Part shown: in pieces, positions 25,127 through 38,220 of the stretch
How positions within the stretch are numbered: position 1 is the first letter of the stretch
How the letters are laid out: the number at the start of each line of letters is the position of its first letter
DNA from: Botryllus schlosseri
Lineage: Eukaryota
Length of the DNA stretch: 64,000 nt
NCBI GenBank assembly: GCA_051294905.1
Contig: CM119371.1
Span: forward strand, 5,644,001 to 5,708,000
Direction of reading: 5' to 3'
Notes under the pieces: model-generated
Told to the model about the DNA's origin: nothing
Database searches by the model: none
The model's input: the letters and a program-made list of their open reading frames with translations, nothing else
Made by a program: the position numbers and the translations under genes

Positions 25127-25742
25127 ACATCATCATCATCATCATTGGTTTATTAGCAATTTTATCAGTTCAATACCTCACAAAAAATGCGATACAATGA
25201 ATAGACAGGAAGATTTCGAAGCGACTTGGATTTGTCAATGGAATCAGACACCCACCTTGGCCTAGGCGTAGTAAAGAGGAGGCATGCACACTGGATGAAA
25301 GTAAAGAATACAGTATAGAAAAAGAAAGCGACAAGAATAGGGCGGCATGTCATGGGAAGCGAGATCGATAGGTCAGTCGTGATCCGATAATCATGATGAT
25401 GCACTGTATTATTTAATAGTAATTGCTTGTATTTCGACTTGAATGTGGACATGCTCGTCGACTGTCGGATGGCCGGCGGGATACTGTGCCACACATCAGG
25501 TCCGGAATATTTTATAGAGCGATGATATTTTCGGTCGATCATATGATATTTGGACGACGTGGACGCGCGTGTGTTGTACTTGTGCGCTTTTGATTCCGAG
25601 GTAAAAAGTCATTGAAATATCCGGGGAAACGACCGCAGTGGAACTGATACATAAACTTGGCGATTTCTAGTTTCCGCATATCTTCTATGTTTAGGACGCT
25701 GAATCTCTTCAGTAGCGACTTGTTGGATTGGCAACCAGGCAC
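25127..25742 (-). mobile_element. 5'-truncated CR1/L2-like LINE (family 2)
   Basis: VLNIEDMRKLEIAKFMYQF..; RSIKYSGPDVWHSIP..STFKSKYKQLLL; AATAAA then (ATG)n tail; additional 3' end at 18110-18233. Confidence 0.8.
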
Positions 25743-26201
25743 CTTTGGGGCTCTAGCTATGGAAGGAAAGGAGGACGTGGTTTATTTTTGTCATTGATGT
25801 TTTTGCGGCATAAACACCGACTCATGATACACATACACACGATCTGCGCATATGATTCGGAGTACTTTATGCTGTAGCTTTTGCAGTGGCTTGAGTGCAG
25901 TTTTACTGGCAGCCCCCCAACACAGGATGCCATAATGTAACTTCGATTGGATTAGGGATAAAGAGTATCAGAAGAATCCTGCAGAACCGTGCGATACGGC
26001 TGATCTCATCTGTATCTTTACGTACCAATTTATCGCCTTACTACCGTAAGCATCGAATTTTGCGAGTTGACGAACTATGTCGCTTCGAAGTATCAAAAGT
26101 TGTTCACAAATATTTTTCCAATAGTCTGCCTCCTGTGTTTGATGACTTTTTCATACCTGCTAAACATGTCCGTTCCCATTACACGACAACTTCGTCTAAA
26201 G

Positions 26202-26371
26202 CAGTGGTTCCCAACGTGGGCGATATCGCCCCCCAGGGGGCGATTTGGCGATCCAGGGGGGCGAAAATGACGAAGGGGGCGACAGGGGGGCGAAAATGGA
26301 CAAAGGGGGCGACGGGGGGCGAAAATAGCGAAGGGGGCTATAGGGGGGCGATGACGCGAAAAATCGGCTGA

Positions 26372-26402
<31 letters not shown>

Positions 26403-26522
26403 GTCAACCCGCCGGTGATTACAGTCTGTGTGCCCAATTATCGGTGCACAGAATTTGGGGGGCGATGATCGGTGTTGACCTTGAAAAGGGGGCGATGGGT
26501 CGAAAAAGGTTGGGAACCACTG
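26202..26522. mobile_element. hAT MITE with GGGGGCGA subterminal repeats
   Basis: CAGTGGTTCCCAAC / GTTGGGAACCACTG; perfect TSD GTCTAAAG; empty site visible at 20094-20101. Confidence 0.92.
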
Positions 26523-26829
26523 GTCTAAAGGAAACGTCTACTTACCCCAATGCAATAGCAACCTAACTAAGAGATCTATCGATAACTCGGGACCTATCAT
26601 CTGGAATGCATTACCATCACATATCCGTGAATTGCCTCATAATAGATTCAAAAAAGCCCTACTTGATCCCATCTTGTCGTTACACTAACACTGTTGCCCT
26701 ACCTCGCCCAGGGCCAGACATTGCTTCATTGATCATTTGCTACCATTGTTTAATTGCTTTTCTATTTTCCTTTCTTAACTAAACATTTTTTTACGGCCAG
26801 ACTGTTCTGAGTCAAGTGTACCTGTTGAT

Positions 26830-28118
26830 TAGGGTTAGCTCGGATATCAATAATTTTCACTATCCGGATAACGGATATATCCGGATATTTTGGAATTTAT
26901 CTAACCGGTTAACCGGATAATAACTACTAAGTGAGACAATCGATTTCATTAGGTCTGCATGTAAAACGGATCGCAAAATCATTACACAGATTGTAGAGTA
27001 CCTACCTACGCGCGCAGTATGAGCGAATACGAGAAAGACCACGCAAATTTAATGTTCACTGCTTCTGCAATGCCCTCTTTTTAAAGCACAGATGCATCAA
27101 TTGTGGAATCCTGTAGCCGGGACCGGAATTTTGTAACAAAGAGTCCACGTTCATTGAATGCTTTTTCAGCTTCCACAGAAGTGGGCTGAATAGAAAGCAG
27201 CGCTTCGTAGAGAGTCAAAAGGTTGGCAGGTCGTACCCCGGAAACTTCAACGGCTTTACATCCTTTTGACCATCCTTATGTTTGGAGTACTAGAAGAACG
27301 ACTAGTTGATACTGGAATTGATGCCGACATGATACCTCGCTCTAATTCACGTGATCAGGCACGCAGCCAGCCGAAAATGTAGGGGGATTGATATAAAGTC
27401 AGTGGGTTTCGATTTTTTTTTTTCGAATTAATCATCAGCGGAAATCAATTACGCTTGCACGCACGCACATTTTTGCGAACATTCGATGTCATTCAGTTTC
27501 GCGGTGTCACTCTCAGAATCACTAATTAGAATACACTTAACGGCATATCGTCAACAAGCCATCGAGAGATAGGAGCCAATGCATGCTGGGTCCGAGATGG
27601 TTAGGCCAGCGATTATATCGTTCGTATAGGCCTATTGCAGATACGATTGTGTAGGTCAACGATAATATCGTGAGCACCAAGCCAATGAAGATGCGATTGT
27701 GCAGGCCAGCGATGGAATAGTTTGTACACTGCACAAGTGCACATGGCCTATTGCAGATGCGATTCTTCAATCCAGTGGCACTATCGGCTTGTTGAAGACG
27801 CGATACATCAGGCCAGAGACGATAGCCGAGCGCGCGGCAATTAATGACCTAATTTAACGATCTTCTCAGCAGGAGATCGCGTCACTACATTGTGCGATGT
27901 TTACAGACGGATCTTGCTATTGGCAACACGCTTCTCGTTAATCGGCCGCGCTAACACTGAATACGACCTATTGAAGCTTACTAAAACGTGTAAAATGCAT
28001 TAGAAACGATTCTTTTTTATCCGGTTAACCGGCAGAAAAATATCCGGATATCAGATAGTGAAAATACCTGCGGTTAACCGGTTAACCGGTTAACCGTTAT
28101 CCGGATAATCCAACCCTA
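26830..28118 (-). mobile_element. hAT (TAGGG-ended) deletion derivative with transposase remnant and nested MITE fragment
   Basis: TAGGGTT / AACCCTA; perfect TSD CTGTTGAT; ATCCGGAT/TAACCGGTTA repeats; - strand ~27080-27260 LYEALLSIQPTSVEAEKAF..GLFVTKFRSRLQDSTID. Confidence 0.85.
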
Positions 28119-29017
28119 CTGTTGATGCTGGTGTGATCAGACTAGATGACCTTCACGGTCTTATCGATCATTCCTATCTAATACCGAATACTGTGCACGC
28201 ATATTTTCGGTACCACCATCACTGCCGTTTGTTATGTATTTTGGTTCGATGAAAATAAAGACTCTCTCTCTCTCTCCCATGCTCACATGAAGCGGCTAAG
28301 GCTGTAGAACAGGCCGCACATCTTAATTTATAAATTGATAACTCATCATCAAGAATGACGCACAGGCACAGAAAACATTCCGCGCTTACCAATTTACTTC
28401 CTACATCTCATTAGAACGCGATTTTTCTCTATGCTCAAGCGGCAGAGAATGCATCTTGGCGACAGCCTTCCCAAACTGCCAAAGCGGAACGATCGCTAGT
28501 GTCTACACTACACCACCTTAGAACACTATGGTTTTGCGCAGTCAATGGGTGTGATGGAGGTGTGTCTGTATCCTGTGCCGGATTGTAAAATCGATATGCG
28601 GCACTTCCGAAAGCGATACTAAAGCGCGTGCGTAGTAATAGCAGTAGCACAGATATTGTTACGTGAGTATTCTGGAAAATTGCCGGTCAGTACAAGTAAG
28701 GCTTGTCCTGATAGCTTGCTATATGTTATGTTTTGTATTGATATAATAATGCCTTGTATTATTCTGGCTGCCAGGTTTCTGGAATCTCGTCAATGACATC
28801 TACATATTGCAGCAACTTGCCTAACACTGATTGCTAATTTGTTGATTTCGCCACTACCTAACAATGTGTTCTAGGCATGCCTGGAGAGAAACATAGAGAG
28901 AGAGAGAGAGAGAGAGCGCAGACTTGTTCCAAATACCAATCTAGTTAGTTGACGGTCAGCTAGATACTGTTCTTCCAAGAAGTTCTAGTTAATGATTTTG
29001 AATAGTGGGCAGTTCTA

Positions 29018-30070
29018 CACTACAAAAACAAATTAGACAAATTTGGTCTCAAATTTAAGAAATGAGGATGATTTCGTCTTATTTGCAGCAATGTCAGTCT
29101 CACTGATGAATTGGGGTCTTTAAATTGAGACTGATTCAGCTGTTTAAGACCATATATAATTGTCAATATTATTTGGTTTCAAATGAGACCAATAAAATGC
29201 ATCTAATAAGACATATTGTGCTTAATAAGACAGTTTTTGATGTGTCAGTATTTTGGTCTTGTTTTTAAGACAAATTTCGCTAATCAAGAAACGACATGAT
29301 TTGTGGTCTTAAAATTGAGACCAGAAAGTTGACATGGGCCAAGCCAAGAGCATAAAATTAGACAAATTTGGTCCCAAATCGATTTTTTAGAAAAAGAAGT
29401 CTCAAAACCAATTAGTCTTACCAAGTGCATTCTGTCTCAAAACGTTTTTTAGCAAAAAAAGTCTTGAATACCAATTAGTGTTATCAAGTACATTCCGTCT
29501 CAAAAGTAAGACCCAACTTGATCGAGAAGCACTGCTTTGGAGGCATCCTTTTCAATGTTCGGTTCTGAGTGAAGGGGGAGAGTGAGAGAGACCATGGGAA
29601 AATACTTTTCTAAGGACTTCACAGACACAGCTAGCTTATCGAGATCATTTTTGATGCTTCAGTTTTTTTGGTCTTGTTTTTAAGACGAATCGAGCAATAT
29701 TTTTCGTCTCATTTTACCCACTCACCATAAATGCTATTTTCGACTCAGACAACCATTTATATATTGATCTGAATAGTACATGTAGTAGTAATTGGTATGT
29801 ACCTTGATAACTATATCTAGTGAATATCTTGTAAACTCCTTAGTAAAGTATCATCCCAACACTGCAAATTCTGGTCTCATGCTTCCCTTCGCTCAGACCC
29901 TAACATTGAGAAGGATGCCCCCTAAGCGCTGCTGCTATTTTCGATCAATTTGTGTCTTACTTTTGAAACATATAGTAGTTGGTAAGACTAATTGGTCGTT
30001 AAGACTTTTTTTTTTGTAAAAAATCGATTTGAGACATTGAGATCAAATTTGTCTATTTTTTTTTGGAGTG
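29018..30070. mobile_element. CACTA/EnSpm-like non-autonomous element
   Basis: Ends CACTACAAAAA / TTTTTGGAGTG; TA TSD; many GAGAC/GTCTC subterminal repeats with internal inverted repeats; empty site in paralogous block near 10040. Confidence 0.8.
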
Positions 30071-31183
30071 TAGTTCTGACCTAGAAACATGTGTTGTGAT
30101 TTTTAAATGGAAAATTGTGGAGTTACCCAGTGAGCCCAGACCAGTGTTCTATTGCGTGATGTTGTTGCAGCTAATGTCACCAGTGCGGTTGGTCACAATG
30201 ATTCGGGTACTGAACTCTGAATCGAGCATCAATCGCAATAATTATGTCAAGTAGTGAGAGATGATTTTTTCAAATACTGTAACCGTACACCCTCTGATAA
30301 CAAGAGTTATATCATTACTGCGATACGCCGGTGATTGAACTTGTTGCAAGTAACACAATCAGCTATTATTGCAAGCAGAATTTTTCTTAAAACGCAATCA
30401 ACTCCCCGTTGTGAATCTGTATAATTATGCAAGCTATTACCATTTGATGATACTATTTTTCACGCTGACAAGACCATTCATGTAGGAATGATGAATTGGA
30501 ATGCAACTGAGCTCACTGCAAGTCTTAACATCGGATCATGAGGTTGGCTTACTTGGGTGACTGCTTGTTTATTAGCGGCTTTAGCGCTACAGCAGACTGG
30601 GCCAACTAGATCATTCTAGTTGTCTAGACTAATGAGACGGTAATGTCATTAATCGAATTCTAATCTAATTTGTGTAATGTGTCCATGCTCTCATTTTAAT
30701 TCTAATCCAATTTCCTGAAAATGCTACAGGAGAACCGTACAGTGAGAAACGAACTGAGTTCTGTTTACAGACATTTGCCGCAATCATGCTTATCAGAATG
30801 AAGTTTGATTTGATATGAACTGAACTATTCAGTTTTTCGAAAATTTAGTAATTCTAATTCTTTGAATATAATTTTGAAAAACCTGTTTAGCTTACACTCC
30901 AATGATTATCTAATTCGAAAAAGCTAAAAAATCGAATTCTAGGCCAATTCTGGAAAAAAGCGGCACTTCTTCGGTATTCTCCACTCAGCGACCAGTGTTC
31001 TCCATGATCCTCATCTTTTAATGTTCCCCATGAATATATAAAAATGATTGTGCTTCACATCGAAACCAACTGCGCTGTATCTGTTTATCGGGAACACTAA
31101 AAGATGGTGATCATGGGGATACCGAATAAGTACCAAAAAAGCTGCCTGCTATAGCCTAGTTCTATTTCAAGACATGGTATCGC

Positions 31184-32113
31184 GATTACCAGAGAACCCG
31201 GCCCTTGGAGAACCCGGCCCTACCAACTCGGCCCTCGGAGAACCCGGTCCTTGGAGAACCCGGCCCTGGGGAAATTTTGTATATGAAGCACGCGTGGTCT
31301 ACTAGTTGTGGTATTCACGGTGTTTTTCGACTACTCTGGACCTCGGTGAATGCGGCCCTCGAACAATTTTGAATTAAAAATGCATTAAATGTGTACCCGG
31401 CCCTCGGGAAATTTTGTATTCACAGGCAATCCTAATATCCCACCTCCGGCAACCCTAATATCCTAACCCTACCCCTAATATACCACCCCCGGCAACCCTA
31501 ACCCTACCCCTAATATCCCACCTCCGGCAACCCTAATATCCTACCCTAACCTTAATATCCCACCTCCACCAACCCTGATATCCCACCTCCCCCAACCCTA
31601 GTATCCTACCCGAACCCAATGTCCCACTCCCCGAACCCCAATGTCTCCCCCCTACCCTACCCTACCCAACCCTAACACCCCACCTCAACCTACAGTTGCG
31701 ATAACGAGCAGACCACGCGTGGTTGATATGTGAGCAATAACAATCGTTGGGATCTATTTTTCGTCTGAACAAGTCACACACAATATACAATGCGATAAGA
31801 CCCAATGGGATGTCATGAACAGGTACGAGGATGTCGAACGTCGCACGTCCGCCCCTCGCCAAGTCAATTCAACAATGAGCCGACCACGCAATCGTGATCT
31901 GATCACTCCGTGACTGCGTGACCTACACATGCCCTGACCTCCTTACAAGACCGACAAATCAGTTGATAATAACATTATTACTTTATTAATTCATGTTAAT
32001 ACTTGTGAATACACTTAATTTCAAAATTTCCCGAGGAATTCACAGAGGGCCGGGTTCTCCGAGGGCCGAGTTGGTAGGGCCGGGTTCCCCAAGGGCCTGG
32101 TTCTCCGGCAACC
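31184..32113. mobile_element. Non-autonomous TIR element with tandem subterminal repeats and C-rich minisatellite
   Basis: Arms of repeated GAGAACCCGGCCCT(C/T)G are inverted at both ends; 31430-31690 CCCTAA/CCCTAC-rich array; TSD not resolved. Confidence 0.7.
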
Positions 32114-32269
32114 ATATCTATAGGATAGCTATGGCCTATTTCTAGTCTATTTTGGAGAAGCTGAAAATTTGCTAGCTGTCCAAGTCTAGCTGTTAATTTT
32201 TACTCGGAGATATTTTGGAATGAGCAGAGAGCTTGGTGGATACAGTATTTTGTTATTAAGCCAAGCTGT

Positions 32270-32678
32270 ATGCAATATGCAAGTCGCTTGCGTAATCATT
32301 CGCATCTCCAACAGGAGTGGTGCGCCCGACATAACCGTTGGCCTGAGCAATCGCGTCTGTAATTGTAATACTTCTCGTGCGCAAGATGTCTTGTGTCGCT
32401 GGCCGGAACTAACGCGTCGCCGACCTCACAGGCTTGGGCTACTATCTACTCTGGTTTAGAGACAATGCTGGTAATTGTATTATGATCAGCGATGGTTATG
32501 TCATGATTGTTGAACAGTGACATCGCAAAACAGAATGACATGGAATACTAAAACAACTATTCATGTATTGCTAATGCATGGTGCGTACTATACATGGGGG
32601 CAGGTTTTTTCCCCAGAATATACACTTCTTAAGGGTGCGTATTATACATGGGGGCGCAGTATGTTCGGAAAATTACGG
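32270..32678. mobile_element. Tc1/pogo-like MITE fragment
   Basis: Ends GGAAAATTACGG|TA; matches 37281-38120 family. Confidence 0.7.
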
Positions 32679-33258
32679 TAGTACAAAGCTACACAATGTT
32701 AGTTGAAATGACATTTCTGTGAAGTTGTCATCAACAACCGACAGCATTGTCAATGTCGCACGAAGAATTATGCTCGTTGTGGCCGCATGAGCAGCTCATA
32801 TTTAAACTTTGCACATTTCATATTGTTATGTCGTCACAATTAGTCATACTCGAACAACCACATAAACCCCAAGCCCAATACTTATTCAAAATTGAATCAC
32901 TCAGTTACTCACTTCTGCTCAGTCCTACTGACTGCGAATGACTCAACTCATCCAGGCACTAAGCTACCTTTTAATCTACAGCGTTTCTAATTTAAAAAGT
33001 ATTTGTGACCTTACGGTTAAACATATCACTTGACTCACATCGTCATGGACAACATCTTTCGAAAAGCACCAACATCACCACAGTTTCGATAACATCCTAT
33101 GCAAAATAGGCAAAAATTTGGGGTTCGTCGATAACTTGCAGATTTTCGTCACGGTTAGGTTAAAATTCTGCTTGAAACAGTTGATACTTTCCAAATGTTT
33201 TTATTTCTGTTTTCTCGTTGATGGTAAGAGAGAGGTGGAATGCTTCACTATTGACCAT

Positions 33259-33823
33259 TAGGGTGGAGTGAAAATGACATTTTTTTTTCAAATCAAAAAA
33301 GGCCTTCCTCAATCCTGACAAATGACCTAAAACTTCAATTAAAAGTGACTTCAGGGTGTGCCCCCCATTTTCCAGCCGGCAACCCCCCACTTTCTGCGCG
33401 TGGGGGGGTAAAATGGCCCATCTCGGCAACCGCTGGTCGTAGAGTCATGATATATATATAGCTCAAAATCTGCGGAAGCATCATGTTTCTATCGGTCTTC
33501 TGAAGAAAGTTTTCTCTATTGTGAACACAAAATGAGTTATGGCCAGTTGTGATCTGTCATTAGTTTTTTTAAGTAAAGTAACACAGTGGCAATACCAAAT
33601 ATTGGGCCCATATCCGCAGATTTTGAGCTATATATCATGACTCTACGACCAGCGGTTGCCGAGATAGGCCATTTCACCCCCCACGCGCAGAAATTGGGGG
33701 GTTGCCGGCTGGAAAATGGGGGCAACACCCTGAAGTCACTTTTAATTGAAGTTTTAGGTCATTTGTCAGGATTGAGGAAGGTCTTTTTTGATTTGAAAAA
33801 AAAGTCATTTTCACTCCACCCTA
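33259..33823. mobile_element. TAGGG-ended fold-back MITE (hATm-like)
   Basis: ~215-bp near-perfect inverted arms; perfect TSD TTGACCAT. Confidence 0.88.
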
Positions 33824-34296
33824 TTGACCATGGCAAATTTTTGATTCAACAAAAAATAGTAGCCCGCCTACAACATTATACGCTATTATTAAAACAGGCT
33901 TGGATAAGTTCATGAGCTTGTATTACCACATAGTTGTAGTGTTAACCATGCCTCACGAAGGCAAAAATTCTATTGATGCCGTTGGAAATTATTGCGGTGC
34001 TACAACGATCATATGAAAAGCGGTACCGTACAGTACTGACTTGCTGGACACCATGATTTGAGCATTGTACTTGAATCTAAACCGAGTTTTAAGTCTAAAA
34101 ACTTGAGTCGGATAATCAGAAATATGGCTTATTCAGGTACCGAAATCATATAATCCTTGTCACTGAAACCTTGTATATCAACAGAAAGTATAGTTTCGAT
34201 AATATTCGTAAATGTGTAAGGATTGGAAACTTTAATCTTAATATCGCAGCACACGAAGCATAAGTCGGTAGTGCAAAACTGTGTACATTAGTGGAA

Positions 34297-34422
34297 ATGG
34301 CGTTTCGGTGACGTTTTGATCAGTCCACAATATTACACAAAGTCAGATAACATAGGTATGGCGTTCGGTGACATTTTGATCAGTCCACAACATTACACAA
34401 AGTCAGATAACATAGGTATGGC
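34297..34422. repeat. ~61-bp tandem duplication
   Basis: ATGGCGTT(T)CGGTGAC..GATCAGTCCACAA..AAGTCAGATAACATAGGT twice. Confidence 0.9.
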
Positions 34423-37280
34423 TGTAAAAACTTCCTTGTTGTTCTAATTTTCAAGTAGTTCTAATTCTAGTTCATGATTTTGAATAGCGTCCAGTTATAG
34501 TTCTCGTTACGCATTTAAAAGAAAATTAGCTGCCGATTAACTGAAACTTGAATCAGAAGTAGAGAACGTGTTGTCCTCTAATAATGTAAATTGTGTTGCC
34601 CTTGTTTTATTTGGTGATGTTCTTGCCAAGAATGTAATAACTTGAGTCATGACTCGAGTCAGACTCAAGTCAGGACTTTCCGATGACTCAACCAAGGACC
34701 AAACAGAAAATTTCACTGACTTGAGCGTAACTGGTAAATGTCTGTAGCTGTTAACAGACTTGAACGTCGAGATAGTTCTGGTTGTTTCATCAGTTTAATT
34801 AGAGTGACATGCCAGTAATAGTAATCCAATACTAATCTAATTTTTGCAATATGTCGTTATTATAATTTACTGTCTGATTTTCCTGGAAATGCTTCAGGTA
34901 TAGTAGGCCTACATTATCCAGTGCAATGTGTAACGAGTGAAGCTTGCCGTACAGACATTTGCTATTCCTATGTTTATGAGAATGGACTCTGATATGAAGT
35001 GAGCTTAATTCGAGTTTTCATGAATTTCCAAAAGCTGAAAATCTATTTGTCCAAGTCTGCCTGCTATATGCTAAGACATTTTCTGGAAAATACACATTGA
35101 AGCAACGTGAGGCCCTCAATGAGGACACCTTTTGTATAATGCCATTCATATTACATAGCACATTTTAATTAGGCCTACTCCTGATGAACAGCGTTTGTAA
35201 TTAAATTTTCATGTCCGTCAAGAAATGTCCAAGTCTGAGAGTAAACCTAAATTGGCTTTAGTACAGGTGCCGTAAAACCTGCGAAGAGTTGCTAATATCG
35301 AATTGTGTGTGGACAGGTTTAAAATTAGCTCAGGTTAGTTTGTAGAAGGAACAAAATACTGAAATATCTGTATGCCGACGTTAAATGATATTCTCGACTA
35401 GATATTCAAGAGCCTGAACTATGTTTGTTGATCTTGGCGGGATTTTCCTTGCAAGTTCATAGGCGCAGTCCCATGTAAATTTTATTTTTTAATCACATGA
35501 ACCCCACTCCCCGGGGTCACGCTGGGCCAGTCTCAGGAGTAGCTGCAGAAGTCACGGTAAATATTCATAAATATTTTTCGTTTCTTGTGAAAATCATCTA
35601 ATAATGGTTCTGTAATTTTGACGTTGTTGTTTATGCACTGCTGATTCTTGGAATTAGTATTCTATAGTGATGCATCAGTTGTGTAATGTAATAGATTTTT
35701 TTATTGACTAGTCGAAATTTCGTGGTTTGCTGAATGCTTGCAGATTATCGTATGGGCTCGCCACTTAGAAAAGGTCAAGAATCACTGCTATAAATAGCTG
35801 TAGCTTTTAAAATACCTTGCCATTTGAGTTGATGATAATTGGGTGGTGAAGATTTTAAATGTTGACCTAGGAGGTGTGTCTTAAGAAGTGGAAGAACTAC
35901 TGTTCTAGAAGATATACCTACATACATTTAAGATACTGCCAACGTTCTTTATTGTACTACAGTTTTATATTATTAGGTATGTGTGATTGTGTATACTGGA
36001 CTGACTGGTGTGGTTGTTCAAGAATGACTTTTGTGATTTACTGGCTAGTCGAAGAAATTGCCAAGTTGTTAAAAATCTTATTAAGGTAGAAAATTATTGA
36101 TTTTTGACTACAATCGAAAATTTTATTGAAACTGTACCACATGAAATTATTAGGTTGTCTTGTCAACAAATAATATTGAATGATGCATGCATATGCCTCA
36201 ATTCCAACCCATAGGCCTAGAAGTAGTATGGTAGGAAATGTTGGATTATGAGGAATAATAATTCTGTATTAAAACTGTATTGAGTGGGTTCATGAGACTG
36301 TATTACTGCACAGTTGCAGAGTTAACTAGATCTTATGAAACCAAAAATCAAATTTGGGTCCCGCATAGCATTTCATTAACTATTTTCATAAATATGGTAA
36401 AATGCCATACAAAGTTCTTCCATCTCGTTGTGATTGCCAAAGTTCAAAATGAAATGATGTCTGAACCAATTTGGAAACTAGGATTCTCAGGCAGTGTCCC
36501 CTCTGTGTAGTGTGAACTGTGTGTACTAAAATCTTAAAGTCTAGATCAGCTGTCAATTGTAGCCAGTGTCGGGATCCATGCACCACTTTTGGGTCCTTTT
36601 CTATTCACAACAATATTACCTTCACCAATAAGAATTTCCGGCGAACATGTTAAAATTTATTGTGTTTGTAATGGGTTTAGGGCAGACTTGGACAACTAGA
36701 AAACTCTCGGCTTTTTTAAAGTTAGCTAGCTAGCTACACATTTTTCAAATTTCAAAATTAGATTAGACTTAGACTTACTGATAGTGAATTTGTAAAAACT
36801 TTGTAGTTGAATCAATTTAATCTCATATCAAATCAGAGCTCATTGTCATACTCATGGAAATATGTGTCCAGCAAGCTTGCCCGATTTACACGATAATGTT
36901 CTCCTGAAGCATTTTCAATAGAACCAGACGGCAGATAAGAAATAAAATGAGAGCATACAAACATTCACAGATTAGATTAGAATCTGTATTTGAGCCAGTG
37001 TTGGGATCAAGTCTCTATGCTCGAGTCACCTTGAGTCATTGCAAATATTGAGTCGAGTCAAGTCAGGTCAATCGATTTTCGAAGGTGACCCGAGTCAATT
37101 CAAGTCCCTCGTTTTTGGAGGTTACTCGAGTCAAGTCAACTCACGACTCGTGTCATGATTCAAGTCGAATTAAATTTTCGAACTATGAGTGCTGATGTAA
37201 AGTCATTACATTTTCCTGAATGTGTGAAAAACAGATTAATTGACCAAAATGACCATTCATCTTAAATCAAATAACGAATA

Positions 37281-38120
37281 CCGTAATTTTCCGAATATAG
37301 TGCGCCCCCATGTATAATACGCACCCTTAAAATGAAGTGTTTATTCTGGGAAAAATCCTGTAACCATGTATAGAACGCACCCTGCATTCGCAGTACATGA
37401 GTACAAGAATAGTTGCAGTTTAGTATTCGATGTTGTTCTGTTTTGCTATGTCAATGTCGAACAATTATGACATGATGATCGCTAATCATAATACAATTGA
37501 CGGCATCGTCTCCAAACGAGAGTAGATAGTAGCCAAAGCCTGTGAGGTCGGCGACGCGATAGCTCAGGCTAGCGACATACGACATCTTGCGCACGTGGCC
37601 TATTTATTACAATTACAGATGCGATTGCTCAGTCCAACGGTTCTGTCGGGTGCACCAGTCCTGTTGGAGATGCGACTGATTACACAAGCGATTATATCTT
37701 GCGCACATGGTCTCTTGTGTATGTGATTGTTAAGGCCTGTCGTTGACGCGATAAATTAACAAGGATTGCCGCGCACGCTTGTAGCAATCAGCGACCTAAT
37801 TTCGCTGGCGTAAAAACGGAAAACCAACTCAGCAAGAGATCGCGTGTTTTGCAGACGACACTCGTTAATTAAAAACGCGCTTTTCGTTAATTGGCAGCAG
37901 GCTTCTCTATTTGACAGCGCGTTACACTCTATAATACGAATTACGATGCCCAATGGCTAGAGGTGATGCGCGATTTAAACAAACATGAAGAAGAGTGTGA
38001 TTTCAATTTTTGACTTAGCGATTTTTTTTCAAGGCTTGTTGTACCCATGTATAATATCACCCCCCTATTTGAGGGCAAAAAATCGGTAAAATTTTGAGCA
38101 TTATACATGGAAAATTACGG
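37281..38120. mobile_element. Tc1/pogo-like MITE, full length
   Basis: TA|CCGTAATTTTCC ... GGAAAATTACGG|TA. Confidence 0.9.
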
Positions 38121-38220
38121 TATATTGTAAACTATACATACAAAGAGGCATTGTATCGCTCACCAACACGCGGAACAGATGAATAATACGAGAGTAACTG
38201 TTTTGCCACATGCTCTACAG

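Larger units (their letters stand above)
25976..28276 (+). mobile_element. LINE family 1 3' fragment interrupted by two hAT insertions
   Basis: LQNRAIRLI..LSPYYRKHRILRV; collinear with 19918-20546 once 26202-26522 and 26830-28118 are removed. Confidence 0.85.

Noticed and set aside
30486..30545. ATGATGA...CTGA box C/D snoRNA-like motif in duplicated block
   Set aside because: Spacing too short, no terminal stem, D box not conserved in the paralog near 2045-2070
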